The position numbers and the translations under genes are program-made. Positions 36,901 through 46,346 of a stretch of 64,000 bases of DNA are shown piece after piece. Positions within the stretch are counted from its first letter, which is position 1. Each line of letters opens with the position of its first letter. Below the pieces are notes generated by a model. The model ran no database searches. It saw only the letters and a list, made by a program, of their open reading frames with translations, and was not told the DNA's origin. This stretch comes from Anthoceros angustus (Eukaryota > Plantae > Anthocerotophyta): assembly GCA_010909165.1 (NCBI GenBank), contig VJWM01000187.1:248001-312000 (forward strand), written 5' to 3'.

Positions 36901-39502
36901 GGTTGTAGAACAAGGACATCAAGCTGATGTGTTTGTAGCCAGCAGTTTGGTAAACATGTATGCAAAGTGTGGCAGCTTGGAAAATGCTCAGAGAGTGTTT
37001 GACGGACTTGGTGAAAAAAATGAGGTGACGTGGACTGCTATGATAGCAGGATATTCTCAACAGGGCATGGGGCAGGAAGCCCTGCGTCTCTACAGTTCTA
37101 TGCAAGAAGAGGGCATGACTGTACCCAATGCCGTGACATTTGTGTGCCTCCTGCAGGCATGTGCAAGTGTGGGCACTCCGGCCTTGGAAAAGGGGAAGGA
37201 GCTTCATCTGGTTATCACAGAACGAGGACATCAAGCTGATGTGGTTGTAGCCAACAGTTTGGTGAACATGTATTCAAAGTGTGGCAGCCTGGAACTTGCT
37301 CAAAGAGTGTTTAATGGACTTGGAAAGAAGAATATTGTGACTTGGACTGCCATGATAGCAGGATATTCCCAGCAGGGCATGGGGCACAAAGCCCTTGGTC
37401 TCTACAGTGCTATGGAAGAGGAAGGCATGGCTGTACCTGATTCCGTGACATTCGTGTGCCTCCTGCAGGCTTGTGCTATTGTGGGCCCCCCAGCCCTGGA
37501 GAAAGGGAAGCATCTCCATTCGCAAATCCGAGAAGGAGGGCATCAAGCTGACATGTTTGTAGCCAACAGTTTGGTTAACATGTATGCAAAGTGTGGCAAC
37601 TTGGAGTATGCGCAAAAAGTGTTTGATGATCTTATTGAAAAAAATGTGGTGACGTGGAATGCCTTGATAGCAGGATACTCCCAGCATGACATGGGCCATG
37701 AAGCCCTTCGTATTCATGGTGCTATGGAAGATGAAGGCATTGCTGTACCTGATTCTGTGACTTTTGCGAGTCTCCTACAGGCATGTGCCTGTGTGGGCTC
37801 CCAGGCTTTAGAGAAAGGGAGGCAGCTTCACACACAGATCAGGAACCAAGGTCATCAAGCTGATGAGTTTGTAGCCACCAGCTTGGTGAACATGTACGCA
37901 AAATGTGGCAGCCTGGAAGATGCTCAGACTGTGTTTGATGGACTCGGTCATAAAAAGGTGATGACATGGAATGCCATGATAGCAGGGTATTCCCAGCAGG
38001 CATGGGGCACAAAGCCCTTGGTCTCTACAGTGCTATGGAAGAGGAAGGCATGGCTGTACCTGATTCCGTGATATCTGTGCCTCCTGCAGGCTTGTGCTAT
38101 TGTGGGCCCCCCAGCCTGGAGAAAGGGAAGCATCTCCATTCGCAAATCCGAGAAGGAGGGCATCAAGCTGACATGTTTGTAGCCAACAGTTTGGTTAACA
38201 TGTATGCAAAAGTGTGGCAACTTGGAGTATGCGCAAAAAGTGTTTGATGATCTTATTGAAAAAAATGTGGTGACGTGGAATGCCTTGATAGCAGGATACT
38301 CCCAGCATGACATGGGCCATGAAGCCCTTCGTATTCATGGTGCTATGGAAGATGAAGGCATTGCTGTACCTGATTCTGTGACTTTTGCGAGTCTCCTACA
38401 GGCATGTGCCTGTGTGGGCTCCCAGGCTTTAGAGAAAGGGAGGCAGCTTCACACACAGATCAGGAACCAAGGTCATCAAGCTGATGAGTTTGTAGCCACC
38501 AGCTTGGTGAACATGTACGCAAAATGTGGCAGCCTGGAAGATGCTCAGACTGTGTTTGATGGACTCGGTCATAAAAAGGTGATGACATGGAATGCCATGA
38601 TAGCAGGGTATTCCCAGCAAGGTATGGGGCAGGAAGCCCTCCGTCTCTACAGTGCTATGCAAGTGGAAGGCACAGCTGAACCTAACTCTGTGACATTTGT
38701 GTGCCTCCTGCAGGCATGCGCTAATGTGGCAGCTTTGCATCTGGGAAGGCAGTTGCATGCACAGATTGTGGAACAAGGGCTTCATATTGATGCGTTTGTA
38801 GCCGGCAGTTTGATTAACATGTATGGGAAGTCCGGGAGCACAGTTGATGCTCAGCAGGTGTTTGATGTGCTGCCCAAACGAGACATTTTCGTCTGGAATG
38901 TGCTGATTGCAGGCTACACCTGTCAAGGAGACAGTGAAGTGGTGTTTGACTTGGTCCACAGAATGAGAGAGGATGGCATACGGCCAGACGGCATCACATT
39001 TTTTAGTGTACTAGCAGTGTGCAGTCATGCAGGTCTAGTGGAGAAGGGCCGGGAGTACTTTGAGGCTATGAACAGACAATATAATATCATTCCCATGGAG
39101 GACCACTACACATGTATGGTGGATCTCCTGGGCCGCGCAGGAGAACTGGATGAGGCTCTAGAATTAGTGAGGACGATGCCTGTCTTGCCTAATATGGCAA
39201 TTTGGCACACTCTGTTGGGTGCTAGCCGAAAGTGGAGCAGCTTGGAGGTGGGACGCCATGCTTTCAATGAAGCAGTGAAGCTAGACAAGAACGATGCTGC
39301 AGCGTATGTGTTGATGTCGAACATATACACCGGTGCCCAGATGTGGGAGGAGGCACAGAAGATGCAGGCAAGGAGACTAAGCAGCAGGATATCGAAGCAG
39401 CCTGGTCAGAGCTGGTGGACAGACATGGACGGATTAGTGCACAGCTTTTTGGTGGGGATCCCCAGACTGCAGCAAGGCCGAAGCAGGTACTTAACAGCAT
39501 GA
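33965..39502 (+). CDS. PLS-class PPR protein (E1-E2-WW-type PG box, no DYW), paralog of PPR-A (PPR-B), with 1.5 kb and 0.62 kb internal duplications
   Basis: ORFs 33965-35416, 35822-38071 and 38204-39502. N-terminus xTxETVRKLC shared with PPR-A; ends KQPGQSWWTDMDGLVHSFLVG. Probable upstream exon (donor ~33852, acceptor ~33951). Confidence 0.88.
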
Positions 39503-39543
39503 TGAAAGGATAATATGAGCCATACGGTCTGGAAACCCCTAGA

Positions 39544-39660
39544 TGAAGGGTCCCGTTTCAGTTGGCGATAGCCAGGCTGAAACTGAAGGGTTCCGTTTCA
39601 CGAGGCGATAGCCAGGCTGAAGGGTTCCGTTTCAACAGGGCCATCAGCCTGGCTAGTGCC
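39544..39660. repeat. Three ~35-45 bp direct repeats (GAAGGGTTCCGTTTCA...GCGATAGCCAGGCT) with a terminal inverted arm, 3' of PPR-B
   Basis: Visible directly. GCCAGGCTGA...TCAGCCTGGC can form a hairpin. Confidence 0.7.
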
Positions 39661-40734
39661 TCCTGCCTGGATGTGTGATTGATGCAGCCCAATGTGTATT
39701 TCCTCCATGGCAAACAGAAGCAAAACGTTTTCAGACTCTGTCTCATCCCGAGGCGCTGTCATCAACTTCTCTTTGCTAACAAGGGAAGAGACAGCAAGGT
39801 CTAGAAACGGATGCAATCGAGATAATTCCTCAACTGCCGCAATAACTTTGGCTTCTTTGTCTTTTATCGCAACGAAAACTGCTGCACTATTTTGCGTTCG
39901 TGGTCGTGTATCGGTAGCAACGATAAGTGCCGCCAATTTCGGGTTCATGGCCTTTTATATCAACGACCTTTTCATCCTCTATGTTATTTCACCACCAGAT
40001 CACCTCTTCGTTCCCCAAGAATACAGCTGATATAAAGTATCGCGCATATTATTTACACCAATAGACCAGCTTTTCATCCCCCCATTCATCCCCCATGTTA
40101 TTTCACCTCTTGATTCCCATGTTATTTCAGCACTAGACCACCTCTTCATCCCCCGTGTTATTTTAGAAGAAGAAGAGGAAGAAGAAGAAACTATGTTATT
40201 GTACATGACTATTTTCGGTGAGGGCATCATAAGTTCAACAAATTACATATCTGTTAATGCATATTACAATGTTCACAAATTCAGAGTAGTGTTTAATATA
40301 GACTATCATACCCCGAGGGGTGGTTCGGTTAGAATTAGTAAAAGTTAAAAATCTAAAAATTATTATATTTAAAATGCCGAATGTGTAAATATTTAAGAAT
40401 CTAACATGCCGAAAACAAAGAAAAGGGAGCAACCTCGTGAGGTCGCCGCAAGGCGCTAAGGTCGCAACATCTTTAGTAGCCTCGCGAGGCCTGCAGCAGT
40501 GTAAGCTAAGGCGGCAGCCTTAGGAGGCTATTGGAGGCGAGGTCGCAGATCTACACCGAGGCTATAGTTGAGGTCAGGCAGGACCAAGCAACAATACCTC
40601 GCGAGGTCGCCGCAAGGCGCTAAGGTCGCAACATCTTTAGTAGCCTCGCGAGGTCAAGGCTGTTGAGCCATGGCTAGCCCTGCTCGCCTCGCCAGCAAGA
40701 TCTGAGTGATGCAAAGAGAGCTCAGAGCGATGGC

Positions 40735-41490
40735 GAGAGGGAGAATGTTGCTCGGTGGAGGGCAATCAAGAATCACAATGGGTCCTTGACTGATAGTCGA
40801 TCAACAGTTTTTGAAATAGGTGGTGCTCATTTGGACCTATGAGCCAATTTTCCATGAAGAGAGGACATGAGGTGTTTTGATTGATTGTGGAACTTTGTTG
40901 TTGCAGTTTGAGAGCAACGCAAGATTTGTGAAATGGTCTGATGGTAGCCTACGGATGTTGCTTGGGAACGAAGTTCTTGATATAGCAGTACAGAATTCCC
41001 GTCATGATCAATCTCATGTTTTCCTTCGGCATCCTAAGGTCTGTGTTTCTTACGTTAATGCAGTGGTGTAGTTGTATGGATTGAACGTCTAACTGTACTG
41101 AGAAATCCAATTGTGTTATCGCAGAGAATCCTACAGTCACAAGGTCGTTTAGGTCGGAAGATGAAGTTGTTGATTGCGCTTGTTGACTCAACGCACAAGA
41201 AGGTTTTCAAAGTGAAAAACGTTTACACTAAAAAGGATCCAGAGAAAGAGAAAGTGGAGAAAGAGAGGGTATGAAAGTGTGCTTATAATTTAAGAATGCA
41301 GTGGCTTTTTCTCCCTCGAAGTAGCAGGACCTCAACTCCTCATTCTGTTACGCAGGCCGCAGAGCAATGTATAAGGAGCAAGGAGAATCTCCAGAGAAAG
41401 CAAGATAAGGTGAAGAGCAAATACACTCCCATTCACTGTGAGCAGGATGCACAACTGTCCCCTAATTATCCGGAGGTTGCACTTGATGAG
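40735..41490 (+). pseudogene. LEO1: Captured intron-containing fragment of Leo1/VIP4 (PAF1 complex)
   Basis: Exons ~40735-40790 (ENVARWRAIKNHNGS), 40907-41038 (FESNARFVKWSDGSLRMLLGNEVLDIAVQNSRHDQSHVFLRHPK), 41125-41268 (RILQSQGRLGRKMK..LLIALVDSTHKKVFKVK) and 41356-41490 (..LSPNYPEVALDE), the last three with GT-AG junctions. Lacks both ends of the gene. The match is to recalled plant VIP4 sequence. Confidence 0.82.
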
Positions 41491-44400
41491 GTACTCATCT
41501 TGTTTGATGGATTTGCTTTCGGGGTCCCTAGCTACAGTTAGTCCTCTTCTTAGGTAGCTAGGGTCAGTTCCCTATCTAGGTTGCGAAGGTTTCCCTAGTT
41601 AGGGTCAGCTCCTTAATTAAAAGTCAGGGTCAAGTCCCTAGGAACCCTAGTTAGTCTCATTGCCATGGCTATCTACCAGTTTTTCATTATTGTTCCAAAG
41701 ATCCTGTAGATGTTTATTCTTCCTGGGTAATTGTTTCATTCTAGCGTTGTTTTTGGCTGCAGGTTGGTGCTTGTCCACTTGTTGAAGCTTCTATTGCAGC
41801 TTAACATTTCATCATCACATCCACTACTTCAGATAAGTAGTCGTTATCATCTCCTTCTCTTTCAAATTCATGGCATTCTTCTATGTCTTCAGTTGTTCTA
41901 GAAATTAAGGATGTTGTCGTGTTTGCTTTCATTGCCTCTATCTGAAAATTTGAGTCGAATACTCCTAAAATACCTGTCTTTTTCCATCTATATTTGATCA
42001 TATCTTGCATATCTGAAACATGTGTCCATGCATTGAATAACCATTCACACACCTTAGGCTTCAAGTTTTTCAATTTGAGATTAACAGCTATTTTTCCTCC
42101 TTCGTTGAGTTGCTCTTGAATAGTAGCGGCTGTCCACTTACAGAATTCTCGCTTCAAAGCATGCTTCAAGGGTCGCTGAAGGACTACATCAACAGGTTGC
42201 AATTTGCTAGTGCATTTAGTGGGAATGAAGATCACACATATCAAAGGGTAAATACTTTTCATCAAGTCTAAGAATTCCTTGCTTTTGTGAACACTCCAAC
42301 AATCTATAATCTATATCATCTTCTGCCTTGTGGCCAGCCTCAAGATTTCCAGTTGCCTTTCATAGTAAGGGATCAAGATTTCCTTCATAAATGCCTTTGA
42401 TGACTCTAGTGTAGACAAATGAGTGCTAGTGTATATTAAATGAAATCCGCTTACACATAGCTTGGCACCACCATGACCTTTGGCACCGACCTACTTGTTG
42501 TTCTGTGAAGATGATTTGGAGTGGTAGTAAGTGATCTCATGGATGAAGATATAATTTAAGAATGCATGGCTTTTTCTCCTCAAGTAGCAGGACCTCAACT
42601 CCTCATTACATTACGCAGCCGTGAGCAATGTATAAGGAGCAAGGAGAATCTCCAGAAAGCAAGATAAGGTGAAGAGCAAATACACTCCCATTCACCGTGA
42701 GTGGATGCACAACCGTCCCCTAATTATCCGGAGGTTGCACTTGATGAGGTACTCATCTTGTTTCGAGGCGCTTTGCTTGTGTCCCTAGCTACGAGTCCTC
42801 TTCTTAGGTAGCTAGGGGCCTATCTAGGTTGCTAAGGTTTCCCTAGTTAGGTCCTTAATTAAAAGTCGGTCAAGTCCCTAGGAACCCTAGTTAGTCTCAT
42901 TGCCATGGCTATCTACCGCTTTCATTATTGTTCCAAAGATCCTGTAGATGTTTATTCTTCCGGTAATTGTTTCATTCTAGCTTGTTTTTGGCTGCAGTTG
43001 GTGCTTGTCCACTTGTTGAAGCTTCTATTGCAGCTTAACATTTCATCATCACATCCACTACTTGGATAAGTAGTCGTTATCATCTCCTTCTCTTCAAATT
43101 CATGGCATTCTTCTATGTCTTCAGTTGTTCTAGAAATTAAGGATGTTGTCGTGTTTGCTTTCATTGCCTCTATCTGAAAATTTGAGTTGAATACTAAAAA
43201 TTGCCTTTTCCATCTATATTTGATCATATCTTGCATATTTGAAACATGTCCATGCATTGAATAACCATTCACACACCTTAGGCTTCAAGTTTTCAATTTG
43301 AGATTAGTTTTTCCTCCTTCGTTGAGTTGCTCTTGAATAGTAGCGGTCCACTTACAGAATTCTCGCTTCAAAGCATGCTTCAAGGGTCGCTGAAGGACTA
43401 CATCAACAGGTTGCAATTTGCTAGTGCATTTAGTGGGAATGAAGATCACACATATCAAAGGGTAAATACTTTTCATCAAGTCTAAGAATTCCTTGCTTTT
43501 GTGAACACTCCAACAATCTATAATCTATATCATCTTCTGCCTTGTGGCCAGCCTCAAGATTTCCAGTTGCCTTTCATAGTAAGGGATCAAGATTTCCTTC
43601 ATAAATGCCTTTGATGACTCTAGTGTAGACAAATGAGTGCTAGTATATTAAATGAAATCCCTTCTACACATAGCTTGGCACCACCATGACCTTTGCAAAC
43701 CTACTTGTTGTTCCTGTGAAGATGATTTGGAGTGGTAGTAAGTGATCTGCTGCGGATGAAGATACTACTGTGGTAATTTACCTCTTGTCCTCTACCCCAA
43801 GCACCTTGATGTTTTTTGTCCCTTTAACCTCGCATGTGCATTCTCCCTTTGTAGGAACCAAGTGGATTCCCATTTGATCACTATTAATAACTAGTTCAGG
43901 TGGAATGTCATAACTGTTAAGCTACTCTATATGCCATCATCCTTCCTTCATCTTCCCAAGTCTCGGGAGCTTAGAAGCGCAGAGTAGATGCTCGATAAGA
44001 CCATGAGAGTTCCTTTTTATGAACTTCCTTGTCCAATCAATGCTAACCTCGAAAGTTCCATTTCCAATGAGTTCAAGTGCTTTAGCTTGAATTATGCCCC
44101 TCGGCATGGGTTGGACAAGAGGGTATGAAAGTGTGCTTATAATTTAAGAATGCGGCTTTTTCTCCTCAAGTAGCAGGACCTCAACTCCTCATTACATTAC
44201 GCAGCCGCAGAGCAATGTATAAGGAGCAAGGAGAATCAGGAGAAAGCAAGATAAGGTGAAGAGCAAATACACTCCCATTCACTGTGAGCAGGATGCACAA
44301 CTGTCCCCTAATTATCCGGAGGTTGCACTTGATGAGGTACTCATCTTGTTTCAGTAGGCAGTTTTGCTTTCAGGTCCCTAGCTACGGTAGTCCTCTTCTT

Positions 44401-44629
44401 AGGTAGCTAGGGTCAGTTCCCTATCTAGGTTGCGAAGGTTTCCCTAGTTAGGGTCAGCTCCTTAATTAAAAGTCAGGGTCAAGTCCCTAGGAACCCTAGT
44501 TAGTCTCATTGCCATGGCTATCTACCAGTTTTTCATTATTGTTCCAAAGATCCTGTAGATGTTTATTCTTCCGGTAATTGTTTCATTCTAGCGTTGTTTT
44601 TGGCTGCGTGTTGGTGCTTGTCCACTTGT

Positions 44630-46346
44630 TGAAGCTTCATTGCGACAACATTTCATCATCACATCCACTACTTGGATAAGTACATTTATCTCCTTCTCTT
44701 CAAATTCATGGCATTCTTCATTGTTCTAGAAATTAAGGATGTTGATATTTTGCTTTCATTGCCTCTATCTGAAAATTTGAGTTGAATGCTCTTAAAATAC
44801 ATCTTTTCCATCTATATTTGATCATATCTTGCATATCTGAAACATGTGTCCATGCATTGAATAACCATTCACACACCTTAGGCTTCAAGTTTTCAATTTG
44901 AGATTACTTATTTTTCCTCCTTCGTTGAGTTGCTCTTGAATAGTAGCGGCTGTCCACTTACAGAATTCTCGCTTCAAAGCATGCTTCAAGGGTCGCTGAA
45001 GGACTACATCAACAGGTTGCAATTTGCTAGTGCATTTAGTGGGAATGAAGATCACACATATCAAAGGGTAAATACTTTTCATCAAGTCTAAGAATTCCTT
45101 GCTTTTGTGAACACTCCAACAATCTATAATCTATATCATCTTCTGCCTTGTGGCCAGCCTCAAGATTTCCAGTTGCCTTTCATAGTAAGGGATCAAGATT
45201 TCCTTCATAAATGCCTTTGATGACTCTAGTGTAGACAAATGAGTGCTAGTGTATATTAAATGAAATCCTGCTTCTACACATAGCTTGGCACCACCATGAC
45301 CTTTGGGTACCGACCTACTTGTTGTTCCTGTGAAGATGATTTGGAGTGGTAGTAAGTGATCTGCTGCGGATGAAGATACTACTGCGGTAATTTACCTCTT
45401 GTCCTCTACCCCAAGCACCTTGATGTTTTTTGTCCCTTTAACCTCGCATGTGCATTCTCCCTTTGTAGGAACCAAGTGGATTCCCATTTGATCACTATTA
45501 ATAACTAGTTCAGGTGGAATGTCATAACTGTTAAGCTACTCTATATGCCATCATCCTTCCTTCATCTTCCCAAGTCTCGGGGAGCTTAGAAGCTGCAGTA
45601 GTAGATGCTCGATAAGACCATGAGAGTTCCTTTTTTATGAACTTCCTTGTCCAATCAATGCTAACCTCGAAAGTTCCATTTCCAATGAGTTCAAGTGCTT
45701 TAGCTTGAATTATGCCCCTCAGCATGGGTTGGACAAGAGGGGTATTGATTGATTCTCCTTCATCCCTCAAGGTTCTCAAGAAATCACCAAGCCTCTTTCT
45801 CAGATCAGGTCTATCTTCCAAAGGTCCAATGTTGATAGTTGGCCCAGATGCTACAGACTTTCTACTAATTGCAAGCTTGTACGCAGGCTTCAACTCCCAT
45901 GTCTTCGAGTCAAACCAGGTGTACAAGGATCCACGTGTCAACTTGGTATATGGATTGTCCATCCCTGGCTTTCCATGGGCAGTCTTAAAGTAAAGCAATG
46001 CATTAGCAAAATTCCTATGCTTCCTGACACTTGCTTCTATAGGAGGCCATAAATGGTCTTAAAACCAGTTAGTATAAGGAACTCTTTGTTTCTTATGCAT
46101 ATCGCTCCTGACATCCTCATCCTCTTGCTTGCTCCTCGTCATTGGTGGAAGAACTGATTCACATGTTGTCTTGCGAGGTCTTCCGATTGGTCGCTTCATA
46201 GGTGTCAGCTCTGAAAGTTTTTCATGTGAAGTCCCAGCTACACTCGTAGAAAGCAAGTGTACATCTTGTGCAATTTCAGCATCCCTCTCCTCTCTCTCAA
46301 TCTTACGAAATATGGTTGTTAGCCGAGATTGTTTATTTCTTGCCAT
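44630..46346 (-). pseudogene. pogo/Tigger-type DDE_1 transposase (most complete copy; partial copies at 41800-42550, 42950-44117 and 47320-48180)
   Basis: CENP-B-like HTH region LRKRLGDFLRTLRDEG...FEVSIDWTRKF. Catalytic motifs VINSDQMG, IDCWSVHKS and TSKLQPVDVVLQRPLK. An in-frame TAG lies just before IDCWSVH in all three copies covering it. Confidence 0.85.

Noticed and set aside
25915-39500. Numerous His/Cys-rich ORFs antisense to the PPR genes (e.g. 26886-27569, 34409-35083, 38429-38959)
   Set aside because: Shadow frames produced by the repetitive PPR coding sequence on the opposite strand.
39420-39700. DYW deaminase domain after the WW box of PPR-B (also checked for PPR-A near 25600-25780)
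   Set aside because: No HxE(x)nCxxC motif found in the frames I read; stops follow within 15-30 codons.
39598-39948. 116-aa minus-strand ORF downstream of PPR-B
   Set aside because: No recognisable family, and it runs into the short tandem repeat; insufficient evidence for a gene.
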